NCBI GenBank assembly: GCA_976551045.1
Contig: CDPCPM010000010.1
Coordinates: 37,386,001-37,450,000 of the forward strand
DNA length: 64,000 nucleotides
Source: Glaucostegus cemiculus
Taxonomy: Eukaryota
Direction: 5' to 3'
In this document: piece after piece, positions 48,124 through 60,851 of the stretch
Layout of the letters: each line of letters begins with the position of its first letter
How positions within the stretch are numbered: the first letter of the stretch is position 1
Notes under the pieces: model-generated
What the model saw: the letters and a program-made list of their open reading frames with translations, nothing else
What the model was told of the DNA's origin: nothing
Databases searched by the model: none
Translations under genes and position numbers: made by a program

Positions 48124-50586
48124 TTAGATGTACCTCACCTCATTATTTACAGTGTAGCTGGAGGCTTCAACCATTATCAATCCCGAATTCTCTTTCCCAA
48201 TACTATTCTTCTGGGCACAATCCATTTTTGCAGATAAGCCGCACGTCTGTGGGTTCGTGAAGTCTCTCTTCACCGACTGCAATGTTGAACACGATTCATA
48301 ACGGAAACTCTGAGAAAGTGGATCACCTCCGAATACCTCAACATAGTTCGGTGGTATCTGAAGATTTCTACTGGCCTTTTGAATTCCATTCAGAGAGTTC
48401 CTTGCTTTCAGACAACAGCAGACATTCTGAGAATCACAATTGTGCCCCACTCCATTTCTGTCTTCACGAACTTTAACAGCCAGAATAACTAAAATCACGA
48501 GGAATATGACAGATGTTGTCCCCAAGGATATGACCAAATAAAGGTTCAGATCAGGTTTGAACTCTGGATTTGTAGACAAACTAGTGGCACTGGAGATCGT
48601 TTCACTTCCTTTGACAGATAACACTATAGTCACAGTGGCAGAAAGGGGTGGCGTTCCATTATCTTTTACGACAATCACAAGCTTTTGCTGAGAAGCATCC
48701 TTGTTCCCAATACGTCGGATAGTCCAAACTTCCCCTGTGTCTCCTGAAATGGTGAACAGATCGTGATGGGTAGCCTGCAAAATATGGTAAGACAGACGGG
48801 CATTCTGACCAGCGTCAGCGTCAGTACCTGAAACCTTGACAACGAGGTATCCCGGTTCAGCCAGCCTGGATATTGTCTCCATTGCTGTTGAGCCGTATTG
48901 GGGTAAAGGATTCAGGATCACTGGGGCGTTGTCGTTCTGATCAAGGATAACAAAATCTATTGTAACGTTACTGGTGAGGGGCGGGACTCCAGAATCCTGC
49001 ACCCGAACTTGAATCTGGAAGTTTTTCAATTTCTCGAAGTCAAACGATCTCTGAGCAAATATGACACCAGTCTGTGAGTTGATGGAGACATATGGGGATC
49101 CGGATGAATCCTGAATTGAAAAATTCAGTCGAGCATTCTGTTCTGTGTCTGGATCGAAGGCTGTCAGGGAGAATATGGATTTCCCAATAACGTTGTTCTC
49201 CATGACCCTTGCCGTGTATACGGGCTGCGTAAACCTTGGTGCGTTATCGTTTACATCCGAAACCTCCACGCGAATTGTTTTCTTGGATGTGAGGGGAGGG
49301 ATTCCTGCATCCGTGCATGTTATAATAACGTCAAATCTGGAGGTAGTTTCACGATCCAGTGCATGTTGGAGAAACAGTTTATAAATCTTTTTCAGAGAGG
49401 AATCTAGTTTAAACGGTAGTTTGTTTGAAATTTGGCATTGTACCTCTCCATTTTGTCCAGAATCTTTGTCATCTACGCTGAGTAGCGCCACAACTGTTCC
49501 GACTGTGGCATTTTCAGGCACTGTATTTGACAAGGATGTCAACATAAGGTCAGGGGCGTTATCATTTACATCTGCGACATCCACTAACACAGCACAGTGC
49601 TGAGGCATAGGGTAAGGGCCATTGTCGATTGCTTGTATATTAATCTCAAAATAATCGTTTTCTTCATAGTCTAAATGCCCTTTCAGTCTGATTTCACCAG
49701 TTCTGGAATTCACGTCAAATAGTTCATGAAATTTTCCTGAATTATGACCGCTCAGTGAATATGTTATCTCTCCATTAGAACCATCGTCCAAATCAGAGGC
49801 GTTTAACGTAATAATCAAAGTTCCTACAGGAGCTGATTCCAACAGATTGACACTATAAACCGACTGCGCGAAAACAGGCGAGTTGTCGTTCGCATCCTGC
49901 ACTGTGATTGTTACTTGGACTTTGCCTGATCTTACAGGGACTCCGCCATCTTCAGCAAACAAAGTTAAATCGTGGGCTGGTATTGTTTCTCTATCTAATG
50001 GTCTCTGCAGCACTAACACTGGCAACTTTCCCTTCCTATTGCGTGACTCTACATCAAGAATGAAATATTCATTCGGAACGAGCTGGTATGACTGTAGGGA
50101 GTTAGTGCCAATGTCCGGGTCGTGAGCGGACTCGAGGGGGAATCGAGATCCCGGTGCCATAATCTCAGAGATTTCCAGGCGGATCTGGCTTTGGGGAAAA
50201 CTCGGAGCGTTGTCATTTACATCGAGTACCTCCACTTCCACCTGGTGCAGACTGAGGGGATTTTCAAGCACAACGTTGAAGGTTAAAACGCATTCGGTGC
50301 TCGGCCCGCAAAGTTCTTCCCTGTCGATTTTTTCATTCACAAATAAAATCCCATTCTCCAAATTTACGTCAACATACTGCTTCTTCGGACTGGGCGCCAC
50401 CCGTAAGCTGCGAGCCGACAGCTGCTTTAAATCTAACCCCAAATCAATGGCGATATTCCCAACAAAGGCGCCTCGTTGCAATTCCTCGGGAACAGAATAA
50501 CGAATCTGTCCAGAAACAAGATTCCAGCGGGAGAACACACAGCAAATCAGTTGGTATTTCAGCAGCCAATATATGTTATATCTCAT
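48124..50586 (-). CDS. Clustered protocadherin variable exon A6 (820-aa ORF; spliced exon ends at 48139)
   Basis: Intact ORF with six cadherin repeats (5-aa deletion in EC5), TM and cytoplasmic tail. Donor GAG|GTGAGG at 48139/48138. Confidence 0.95.
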   Translation of the reverse strand: MRYNIYWLLKYQLICCVFSRWNLVSGQIRYSVPEELQRGAFVGNIAIDLGLDLKQLSARSLRVAPSPKKQYVDVNLENGILFVNEKIDREELCGPSTECVLTFNVVLENPLSLHQVEVEVLDVNDNAPSFPQSQIRLEISEIMAPGSRFPLESAHDPDIGTNSLQSYQLVPNEYFILDVESRNRKGKLPVLVLQRPLDRETIPAHDLTLFAEDGGVPVRSGKVQVTITVQDANDNSPVFAQSVYSVNLLESAPVGTLIITLNASDLDDGSNGEITYSLSGHNSGKFHELFDVNSRTGEIRLKGHLDYEENDYFEINIQAIDNGPYPMPQHCAVLVDVADVNDNAPDLMLTSLSNTVPENATVGTVVALLSVDDKDSGQNGEVQCQISNKLPFKLDSSLKKIYKLFLQHALDRETTSRFDVIITCTDAGIPPLTSKKTIRVEVSDVNDNAPRFTQPVYTARVMENNVIGKSIFSLTAFDPDTEQNARLNFSIQDSSGSPYVSINSQTGVIFAQRSFDFEKLKNFQIQVRVQDSGVPPLTSNVTIDFVILDQNDNAPVILNPLPQYGSTAMETISRLAEPGYLVVKVSGTDADAGQNARLSYHILQATHHDLFTISGDTGEVWTIRRIGNKDASQQKLVIVVKDNGTPPLSATVTIVLSVKGSETISSATSLSTNPEFKPDLNLYLVISLGTTSVIFLVILVILAVKVREDRNGVGHNCDSQNVCCCLKARNSLNGIQKASRNLQIPPNYVEVFGGDPLSQSFRYESCSTLQSVKRDFTNPQTCGLSAKMDCAQKNSIGKENSGLIMVEASSYTVNNEVRYI

Positions 50587-50759
50587 TTCCAGGAGAAATC
50601 ATTCCAATGGTTTCAGCCCGAGACAATATCTTTCAACGGTAGCTTGATTCAAACAGGGAAATTACAACGCATAAAATATCTATACCTCTTTTGCGAATTG
50701 TTGGAACGTGTTCATTTATGTGCTCTCATGTTGTCTCTAATTCGAAGAAGAGCGAGCAC

Positions 50760-50932
50760 AAATCCTCCGGAGCTGCTGGCTCGCCAGTTTTCAGAGCGCC
50801 CGAGCTTCCGCGATGGCGGCTGAGTACTGAAGGGGGCTGTGCAGATCACCAGTCACATCTCAGCTTCTGATTGGTAGACAACGTAACAGTCGCATCTGAC
50901 CAATTAGAGCGCAGCTCATTTCTTAAAGCAAC
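50760..50932 (-). promoter_or_regulatory. A-type cPcdh promoter module (A6)
   Basis: TGAAGGGGGCTG (50828-50839); CTGATTGG (50867-50874)/CCAAT (50900-50904); TTTCTTAAAGC. Confidence 0.8.
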
Positions 50933-51252
50933 AAGTGCATAAATTGGGGCAGAATTGTCATATTTCTTGTTGTACAACTGAAATTTGTTCGATCGTTTTA
51001 GACACTTCAGATTTTTGTGAAATGTTAGCATTATATCACAATGTTCAACAAGAATGGTTCATTTAATTATATTCTATCGAACAAATATGAAATGTATTCT
51101 TTTCGAGACCATTAGCCTCTGTGTATCATCATTCCATCATAATCTACAATTCAATGTACTAGTTCCGTCAAATTATTCGTATGACCAGTGCTGGCATTTC
51201 ATCGACAATGCGGCTGTAACATCTAGACTGGAAAAATACTTAATGGTAAACA

Positions 51253-51470
51253 AATCGGAAAATTGGTTTATCACTGTCACATGCACCGAGATACGTGAAA
51301 AAAAGATGTTTTGCATGCCTTCCATGCGGAGCATTTCACCACATCAGTACGTTGAGATAGTACAAGGGAAAAGCAACAACAGAATGCAGAATGAAGTGTT
51401 ACAGTTACAGAGAAAGTTCAGTGCAGGCAGACAATAGAGGTGCAAGGACATGACGAGGTAACGGCTTTGG
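51253..51470 (-). mobile_element. Rex-like LINE 3'UTR fragment
   Basis: Its reverse complement resembles the Rex-like 3'UTR at ~38870-39060 (gtttttcac..gtgaca..ataaaccaatt). Confidence 0.6.
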
Positions 51471-54400
51471 AAACATAATAGCTTGCAACAAAGACCGCCA
51501 TGTTATTTTTTGCTTCAACAAAAGCGTTGTTCCATTTGATGATGATTTTGTAAATCTTTTTCCATAATTGATCTGTACAATATTATTATGCACGTTGCAA
51601 TTACCGCATTGATCCGTCCCCAACACAAACAAAAAGATAATTGCACCCCAAAATAAAAAAAAATATGTAGATTCTATGTCATGCAGAAATGATCCAATTC
51701 AAACCAATTTCATTCCAATTCTGAAACTTGGCTGATAATTTTTATCTTTATGTTTATATTGCCTGGTATGCAAGATAGGGAGCGAATTAACAATTTATAT
51801 CCAGAGTTTTCCAATTTTAAGGATATTCCGTCGCTTTTGCTGAAGCGAAAAGTCCTTGCTTATCGTCGTTATGTTTATCATTAAATGGCTTTCCATTATT
51901 GATATTAGAGCTGCTTTGCAGGTAAAGTGCCAGAATTGACCACAGGATTAATTTTTACTCTACAGGTATACTGATTTGAATGCCAGTATTCTCCCAGGTA
52001 CCTGTACATGCTTTGCTTTTCATTTTTGCTAATATAGTTAATTGTACCTGGAATATTACAGTATGTACAATCACTCTGGAAATTATATGCATTTGCATTT
52101 TTTTTTAGCGTATGACATTGTTTTGCCGTCTTGTTAAAAAAAGCTAAATCTAAGTTACGTATTCGAGGTATCACAAAGATTTCACTGAATTGGCATGTAC
52201 AATATATAAAACAGCTATGTTTCTCCATTTTCCTCATTTGTCCACATGCGTTATGTCTTTAGGAAAATGAAAGCTTTACACTATGTCCACATGCTTTTAC
52301 AATTAAGGATCCGACAACAGATCAATCAAGAATAGACTGACACGAGGCATTTCTCCCATCTTGGAAGTGACTTATTTATAATAGAGCCAGGAAACGCTAC
52401 TACTGCTCTTTAGCATGTTATTCTGCGCATTTTTGTTATTTTTTAAAGAGTTCTAGTAGGCTGAGACTCACTGGCTCGTCTTTTTATCACAAACTGTGCT
52501 TTCCATGCACGCAGACGTACCGTGGTGTGTTTACCTTGGTGGCCTGGATTCCACTTGAATAGTTTGTAGGATGTCTGGCTCTCTGACAGCAGAGAAGTCA
52601 AACCTGTCAGACATGCTATAACTTTTAAATATATCTGCCAGTCAAATAATACAAAAACATTACAAATAATTAAATATTTGAAATCATGAAATATTATGTT
52701 TTTTTTATGTTGGGCAAAGCAAACGTCTAAAGCACAGAAATGATTAGTAACATTTGAATAAGACCAATCCTCACCTTTTCTCTTGCTCTTTGCCCACAGA
52801 CTTATCATCATAAATAAAATCAACGGGAGCTTAGATCATGCGTTCGATCTTGCATGACGATTAACCAGTGCTAACTCTGAGTAATTTCGCAAGATTGAGC
52901 TCTGTGGTGTGGACTCCCAACACTGATATTGCGTAATTACGCAGAGTCCAAATGGCATCAGAAACTGACAATGTTCTGAATCTGTGAGTATGTTTGAACT
53001 TTTCTTTTTTCAGAACATATCTACAGAAATCTAGGACTTGTTTTCATTTTAAACTCACGGCTCTGTGCTTATGTGCTTCTTTTGCCAGCGAGATCCGGAG
53101 CACTATGTTTATAAGGTGCATGCAATCATTTATATATCTCACTTCTGCCGTCATTAGCAATATGCGCTGTATTCTAAAGTCATTCAGTTAATAAATCATA
53201 AAATCCCTTATACGTAAGAAGCTCTAGTAGAGCTGCAGCTCTGGATTTTACTGGACACTGTGTACCTTTGTACAGATATATGCTGTCCATGAAAACCGGG
53301 TAAATTTATTCCGTCCGACGACTATTCCTCAGTCTTTCCCCAATCATCCATACGGCATTGGAAGCTACTGCCAGCAGTGCCATCAAGAGACAAACATATT
53401 TGCTCATGTGTATATTTGCTTCTAACTATAAGATAGTTTATGATTTATTAACTAAATGTCTTTAATATCTTTAGAATACAGATTGCTAATGACGGCAGAA
53501 GTGAGTTTTATAAATTATTTCATGAACCTCATAAACATAGTGCTCCGGATCTCGCTAGGGAAAGGAAGGACATAAGCACCAAGCCTTAGGTGTAAAAAAC
53601 ACATTTGGTTCCTTCAAAATACTTCCAATGACGTTTAAGTTGTCCAAACATGGAAAAATGCTTAGCCAGTCACTGTGGAGAGTGGAACTGTCTGATTGTG
53701 CATGGCATCAAGTAGTTCCTTTAAAATCACAAGGGAAACTTCGCTGGTTGGAGATGCAGTTCCTACAAATGTTTAATTTGAAAAGTTAAGCTCAAAGGGA
53801 AGAGCACTGCGTGGCTGGTTCTCCTTCAAGTCACATGACAATCTGACATTGAAATATATCACTATTCCTCATTGTTACTGCATCGAAATTCAGGAACATC
53901 CTTCCAAGTAAATGATGGAAGAACAATCAGCATGTAGGCTTCAGTGGTTCAAGAGCTGTCTCTCCACAACTTTGTTCTCAGAAACAGATAAAACACTGGA
54001 GTTGCAAGTGACGCTCACATCCAAGAGAAATTGATACAACGCAAGTTAATATCGATTGTTGAAGCTCAGTGCCAAAATTCCAATTCCAAAACCAAGGAAT
54101 CACTGCAATAGTTCCTCAGAGTATTGCTCAGGCCCACCTATAACAGTCATTTCATGAATAACCATTAGAACACGATTAGCATGTAATTTTACTGATGACC
54201 ACAAAACGTTGATCTGGATTCAATATTTTTCAGATAAGGAAACAGTCACTGGCTACGTACACATGCTCCTGGACAAAACTCGAGGTATATGATAAAAAAG
54301 CAGTAAAGCACTATCACTTTCTCATAGAGTGTGCAACTCTATTCAGGTCAACTTTTCAGATTACTTAACAACGCATGTAATACATTTAAAGTTCATTTAT

Positions 54401-55789
54401 TGCACTGCACATTGCACTGAATAAAAAACTGTCTGATACTTCTTCAAAAACATCTCCGAAATATTTCCAACAAAGAAATAGAAGAACAATAGGGAACGGA
54501 CAGCCCTATGTCAAAGTAGCCTGCTTGTCACCATTTGTCAGAAACAATGGAACTAACCACAAAAATACTTTAGCCATAACAGGGTACCAGAAGCTGGGTT
54601 TCTATTGGTTATCGGGGTTCCACTAGATTCTCTTCCACGTCAATAGTGGAAATCAATATTTTCGAGGGTAGTCTCCCTTCTTCTGCTTAAGTAAACACAT
54701 TAACCCTCATAAAATTCAACTCATTTCAAGACAACGCTTCCAGCTTGCTTAGCCGTGCATAAATTTCTTTGATGCTCATCAGGTCCACCACAGATGCACC
54801 ACGAAGTAGCACTGGTGCCTCTTCAGAAACATCTTCAAATTATGTATCACTCCCTTGCTCTTACAAGAACAACAACAGGAATTGAGAGTGTTACACAATC
54901 CATGTCATATTAATCTTACCTGGAAACATTGTCTATTAATAATTAAGTCAAAACTCTGGAACTCAACCAATACGTGAAAGTGAGAATACCCTCATTACGC
55001 GCATTATTCTGGGTCAAAAATATCGCTCAGTATCGCATTATGAAGGGCAATTATATATGGGAAATGAAGACGTACTGGCTTAGTGACGCCCATTTCCAAA
55101 TATGGTTTAAATAAACAAATATTTAACTTTCTAATAAACACGGATACTTCAATATTAACTAGCTGCATCCAAACTCATTACAATATCTTAATTAGAATTA
55201 CATAATTCTGAAGGTATGTATTGAATACTAGGATGGCTAACTGCATGACCGGAGTTCGTCGCATGAACATGTAAAGTTTTGCAGCGGAGATGGCCGCAAC
55301 ATTTATTACGTATTTGAAAAAAATCCAGGTAAAAGACCTTCAGTTTTAACGTTCTCATTGGGGAATCACAGTGAGTTATTCAACGAATGAAACATATTAG
55401 AAGAGTTATACCTGCTATAGTTCAGGAAATCTAGCAATCAACTTTTGCACAACCAGCTCCCCAAAAATCAGCGTGAGAATGACCTGGTAACCTGCTTTTA
55501 AAAATGCCGATTGAGAACTGAGTATAATGACCATGGATGGCTGCTCTATTAATTTCTCCAAAGACATGCAATTTTCCCCCGTCTCAGAGAAGATATGGTG
55601 TGTCCAAGCACCTTCTCCTGTAAAATACAGCTACCCGGAATATTGAACTTCCACCCAGACTTGCCAGGAGATTTTTGTACCCATGACCACAGAATAGGTT
55701 TTAAACTAGTCATGCATATTTCACGAAAATAAACTTTGAGGATATTTAGCAGGAAAGGCAGCACGTGCAGAGAGGGAAACAGAAGTAAC

Positions 55790-55925
55790 AACCTCCTAAC
55801 CCGCAGGTCTTCGGAATGTGGGAGGTAACCAGAGCACCCAGATGAAACCCACAGAGACACGGGGAGAATCTACAAACTCCTAATAGACAGCGGCCGCAAT
55901 TGAAACCAAACTGCTGGCGCTGGAG
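55790..55925 (-). mobile_element. tRNA-SINE fragment (V-SINE-like)
   Basis: 'ggaatgtgggaggtaaccagagcaccca...ggagaatctacaaactcct' is antisense to the SINE core at 9840-9930. Confidence 0.7.
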
Positions 55926-55929
55926 CTAT

Positions 55930-56270
55930 CTTCCAGTCCTCAGGTACCTCAACCCTGCCTAAGGACGTTCTAAATATTTCTGCCTAGGCCCCTGGAATTT
56001 CTGCACTAGCCACCCGCAAAGTCCGAGGTGACACCTTGTCTGTCCCTAGGGATGTATTTGCCTTCATTCACCTCAAGACATTCAGCACCTCCTCTTCTCT
56101 AATCTGGATACAGTCCATGACCTCACGACAATTTTACCTCAGTTCTATAGCCCTTGGGTCTGTATCCAGAGTAAGTACTGACGCAAAAAAAAAAAAGCTC
56201 TCCCCCATCTCTTTGGCCTCCGTGCAGAGATGGCCATGCTAGTTTTCAAGAGTACCAATGTTGTCCCTTA
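55930..56270 (-). mobile_element. Internal CR1-type LINE fragment
   Basis: Antisense ORF2-like sequence (ccctagggatgtatttgcc, gagtaagtactgacgcaaaa, ctcccccatctct); recognised by pattern only. Confidence 0.5.
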
Positions 56271-56431
56271 CTACACCATGGGTCCTGAGGATTGAGATCT
56301 TCAGAGGCAAATGTTGAGGTGCTGCTCCTTGAGCTTACGTTGAATGAGGGAGTGGAAAAATAAACTGAAGGACGACTGCAAGCGCAGTATCACCGTGAGA
56401 GGCAAAGAAGAAGTATTCTGCAAAGTACTGA

Positions 56432-57762
56432 GGTAAGCCTGACATCGGTAGTGGTAAATTACCGGAGAAAATTCTGAGGGGAAGGATTTTCCAGCACTTG
56501 GATAGTCTAATTAAAAGGTCAGCATGGCTTTGTACGTGGAAAGTTGTGTTTGACGAACCTTTTCATTATCTTGAATAGTTAACCAAAAAGGTAGATGAGG
56601 GTACTTTCTGTCTATATGAACTTCAGCAAGTCCTTAGAAAAGGTCCTGATTGGTAGGCTGGTAAGAAGGATCGGTCCCATGGAATTCAGGGAGAGCTACT
56701 TAGGTGGATTCAAAATTGGCTTGGAGGTAGGAAGCAAAGGGTGGTAGTTGAAGGTTGTTTCTCAGAATAGAGGCCGATGACTAATGGTGTGCTTCAGGGG
56801 TCAGTGTTGGAGCCCTTGTTATTCATTATTTATATAAATAATTTGGATGCAAATACACAAGGCTTGATTAGTAACTTCGCAGATGATGCAAAACTAGGGG
56901 TGCAATTGATAGTGATGAAGGTTATTGCAGATTACGGGAGGATTTGATTTGTTATGAAAGTGGGCTGAATAGTGTCAAATGGATTTCAATTCAGATGAGT
57001 GTGAGATGATGCATTTTGCAAAGTCAAACCAGCATAGGATTTATACTATGAATGATAGAACACCAAGGACTGTAATAGAACATAGTGACCTCGGGGTACA
57101 ACTGCATAGTTCATTGAAAGCAGCATCACAGGTTGACAGGGTGGTGAAAAGGGCACTTAGATCATTGTCCTTCATTAGTCAGGGCATTAGAGTCAGTGTA
57201 TGGAAGTTGAAATATTATGTTGCAGTTGCAGGTCATTGCTGTGGCTGCATTTATACAGTTTTAGTCATCCTGTTGAAGGAAGGATGTGCTTCGTCTGAAA
57301 GAGTATAGTGAATATTTACTCAAGACTAGAAAGGCCTCAGTTGTAGGGAGGGGTTGGCCAGGCTAGGTCTTTATTCCTTGGAAAGCAGGAGAACGAGGAG
57401 TGACCTCATAGAAATGTTTAAAATCATGAGAGGAGAAGAAATGGTCGGCGATAATAGTCTTCCTCCAGGATAGGAGTGTCTAAAGCAAGGGGGCATAGAT
57501 TTTGGATGAGAGGGGTAAAAGTTGAGGTGGCCTGAGGGGTAACTTTTTAACGTCGAGAGTGGTGAGTATATGGATCGATGTGCCAGAGGAAGTGGTCGAG
57601 GCAGATACAATAGTGGCACTTAGGAAGCATTTGGATAGATACATGGAGGGGCAGGGCTCAAGAGGGATATGAGCCAAATATAGGAAATTAGGACTAGCTG
57701 GGTCGGCATTGACTTGTTGGGCTGAAGAGATTGTGTCTTGCTGTATGACTCTGTGACTCTAT
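56432..57762 (+). mobile_element. CR1-type LINE, 5'-truncated and decayed
   Basis: Starts at VSLTSVV..; contains cagcatggctttgt, cagggg tcagtgttggagccc, FADD-like and MDFNSDECEMMHFAKSN motifs; ends in an (atgactct)n-like tail. Confidence 0.85.
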
Positions 57763-58197
57763 TCTCCCAATCTGCATTTATCTTTGTCAATGTATAGAAG
57801 ACCACATCTTGATCACTGAACGCAACGTGTTAGATTAGAAGAAGAACAAGTGAAATGTTTCTTCACCTGGGAGAGCTGTCGGGGTCTTACCAACTGATAT
57901 ACAGCTGAAAATATGAGTAATCAGGATTAAAAATACCTCAATATCACGGAGACTCCCAAACCATTGTTGAGCGAGTCGTCGCAACATCATATCATTACCT
58001 ACAATAATTGTTCGAGGAAAATATCAGCACAAAAACAAAACATTGTCTGGAAATAATTTTAGCACAGAAAACAAAATTTTACGTTACATACCCTGTACGT
58101 TGCGTTAAGACCTACAGGATGCATTGATATATTAGTGTTTCACCAAAGAACTCTGTTTCCAAAGACAGCCTAGCAAAATTTTCTTCTCTCTCTAACA

Positions 58198-60666
58198 TCA
58201 TCTCACCTCAGGAACAATGTATTTTTCAGAATTCGCCATTCCAGTATTTTCTTTCTCAATAGTTTCGTTCAGCACACTTTTTTTCTCTGCAGGTGTTCTG
58301 AACTTGCTGGGGACGGTGAAATCTCTCTTCGTAGACTGCAGTGTCGAACATGATTCGTAGCGGAATCTTTGGGAGAGAGGGTCGCCCCCAAATACTTCAA
58401 CATAGTTTGGTGGTATCTGAAGGCTTTTACTGGCCTTCTGAATTCCATTCAAAGAATGTCTTGAGTCAAGGCAACAACAAATACCCATGGAATGATGCTG
58501 GTGCACCATACCATTCCTGTTTTTGTGAACTTTAACGGCGAGGATGATTAAAATTATGAGAAAAATGCTGGATATAATTCCCAAAGCTATAACCAAGGAA
58601 AGGGTCAGTTCAGGAGTGAACCTCGGATCTAAGGACGAATTGCTGACACTGGAGAAGGTTTCACGATCAGTCCCAACCACAGATAACGCTATAGTTACAG
58701 TGGCATAGAGTGATGGAATTCCATTATCTTTTACCACAACCACCAGCCTTTGATTAGAGGCATCCCTGCTGAAAATTTGACGTATGGTCCATATTTCGCC
58801 AGAGTCTGTGGATATAGTAAAGAGATCATCATGGGTGGACTGTAAGATCTGATAGGAGAGTCGAGCATTCTGACCAGAGTCGGCATCAGTGGCCGATACC
58901 TTGACAACCAAGGATCCTGGTTCTGTGAACCTGGGTATTGTTTCTATTGCTGTTGACCCATATTCGGGTAAAGGGTGTGTAATCACTGGAGCATTATCAT
59001 TCTGATCAAGGATCGCAAAATTCACTAAGGCATTACTGCTGAGCGCTAGCGTGCCGGAATCCCGCACTCGCACTCTAATTTGGAAATTTTTCAATTGCTC
59101 ATAGTCAAAAGTTCTCTGAGCATATATGACACCACTCGCCGAATTAATCGAGACAAAAGAGATTACAGAGGTATTCTGAACTCCAGACTCCGGGATAGAA
59201 AAATTCAGTCGCCCATTTTCTCCAATATCTGGATCGAAGGCCGTCAGGGAAAAAATGGAAGCCCCAATAACATTGTTTTCCATAACATTTGCCGTGTAAA
59301 CCGGGCGAGAAAACTTTGGTGTGTTGTCATTTATATCTGAAACCTCTACCCGGATGGTTTTCTTGGAAGTAAGAGGAGGGTCCCCCTTATCAGTGCATAT
59401 TATGGTAATATCGTACTTGGGGACCTTTTCGCGATCCAGCAAATAGTGAGTGAGGATTCTATAGTAGTTCATTCCAGATGAATCTAGCTCAAAAGGAAGT
59501 TGATTTGAAATCTGACATTGTACTTGACCATTTTGTCCAGAATCTCTGTCTTCTGCTGTGAACAGAGCTACGACACTCCCGGGGGCACTATCTTCGGATA
59601 TTGCAGTTGAGGAAGATCCGGGTATCACCTCCGGCGCGTTATCATTCACATCAACAATTTCGACTAATACGTCGCAGTAACCGGGTATAGCACTAGAACC
59701 TTTATCCGTTGCCTCTATATTGATCTCATAGATGGTGTTCTCTTCATAGTCCAAGTTCCCTTTAAGTCTGATTTCACCAGTTCTGGAGTTTAGATCAAAG
59801 ATCTCACGGGCACTAGCAGAAATATAGCTGCCGAATGAATACATTATCTCTCCATTGAGGCCATCGTCCAGGTCAGTGGCATTTAATTTGATGATCAAGG
59901 TCCCTTTCGGTGCAGATTCCAACAGAATGACCTTGTAAACCGACTGAGAGAACACAGGCGCGTTGTCGTTTACATCCTTCACTATGACTATAATCTGAAC
60001 CGTTCCCGATCTCGGAGGCAGACCGCCGTCCTTGGCGATAAGCGTTAAATTGTGGGTTGGCGTCGTTTCTCTATCTAATGGTTTCCCTAGCAACAAAACT
60101 GGACGTTTTCCCTTCCCACTGCGCAGTTGTACGTCGAGAGTAAAATATTCGTTCGGCTGTAGCTGGTAGATTTGCAAGGCGTTAGTGCCAACATCTGAAT
60201 CCAGTGCCGGTTCAAGAGGAAAACGCATTCCTGCTACGGCGAACTCCAAAATTTCAAGGTGAAACTGGCTTTTTGGGAAAGTTGGAGCATTGTCATTTAC
60301 ATCGAGAATCTCCACTTCCACCGGATGCAGGCTCGGGGGGTTTTGAAGTGCAACGTTCAATGATAAGCGGCAATCGAGGTTCGACCCACAAATCAGTTCT
60401 CTGTCGATTATTTCCTTCACAAATAAAATCCCATTCTCCAAATTTACATCGAAATACTGCTTCCTTGGACTGGGCGCTACCCGCAAACTGCGAGCCTTCA
60501 GCTGCTTTACATCTAAACCTAAATCAACTGCGATTTTCCCAACAAAGTCTCCCAGCTGCAGTTCTTCAGGAACAGAATAACGAATCTGCCCAGACACAGT
60601 ACACCACGACGAGAACACACAGCACAACAATTGGCATTGTAGCAACCAATGTATGTTATATTTCAT
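58198..60666 (-). CDS. Clustered protocadherin variable exon B7 (822-aa ORF; spliced exon ends at 58207)
   Basis: Intact ORF with EC1-EC6, TM and cytoplasmic tail. Donor GAG|GTGAGA at 58207/58206. Confidence 0.95.
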   Translation of the reverse strand: MKYNIHWLLQCQLLCCVFSSWCTVSGQIRYSVPEELQLGDFVGKIAVDLGLDVKQLKARSLRVAPSPRKQYFDVNLENGILFVKEIIDRELICGSNLDCRLSLNVALQNPPSLHPVEVEILDVNDNAPTFPKSQFHLEILEFAVAGMRFPLEPALDSDVGTNALQIYQLQPNEYFTLDVQLRSGKGKRPVLLLGKPLDRETTPTHNLTLIAKDGGLPPRSGTVQIIVIVKDVNDNAPVFSQSVYKVILLESAPKGTLIIKLNATDLDDGLNGEIMYSFGSYISASAREIFDLNSRTGEIRLKGNLDYEENTIYEINIEATDKGSSAIPGYCDVLVEIVDVNDNAPEVIPGSSSTAISEDSAPGSVVALFTAEDRDSGQNGQVQCQISNQLPFELDSSGMNYYRILTHYLLDREKVPKYDITIICTDKGDPPLTSKKTIRVEVSDINDNTPKFSRPVYTANVMENNVIGASIFSLTAFDPDIGENGRLNFSIPESGVQNTSVISFVSINSASGVIYAQRTFDYEQLKNFQIRVRVRDSGTLALSSNALVNFAILDQNDNAPVITHPLPEYGSTAIETIPRFTEPGSLVVKVSATDADSGQNARLSYQILQSTHDDLFTISTDSGEIWTIRQIFSRDASNQRLVVVVKDNGIPSLYATVTIALSVVGTDRETFSSVSNSSLDPRFTPELTLSLVIALGIISSIFLIILIILAVKVHKNRNGMVHQHHSMGICCCLDSRHSLNGIQKASKSLQIPPNYVEVFGGDPLSQRFRYESCSTLQSTKRDFTVPSKFRTPAEKKSVLNETIEKENTGMANSEKYIVPEVR

Positions 60667-60851
60667 TGCCAGTAGAAGTCATTCCAATGGTTTCAGGCCC
60701 AAGTTGTATTCTTCATTTTCCATTTAACAGTGAGTCGGAGTTAAATGAAACAAACACGATACAGAAAATATTTGCACCTCATGCTAATCTCGCGAATGAT
60801 TTCCTTAAAAAAAGATTTTACCCACAGTTGTTGGAGGATCCCTGCAAAACA

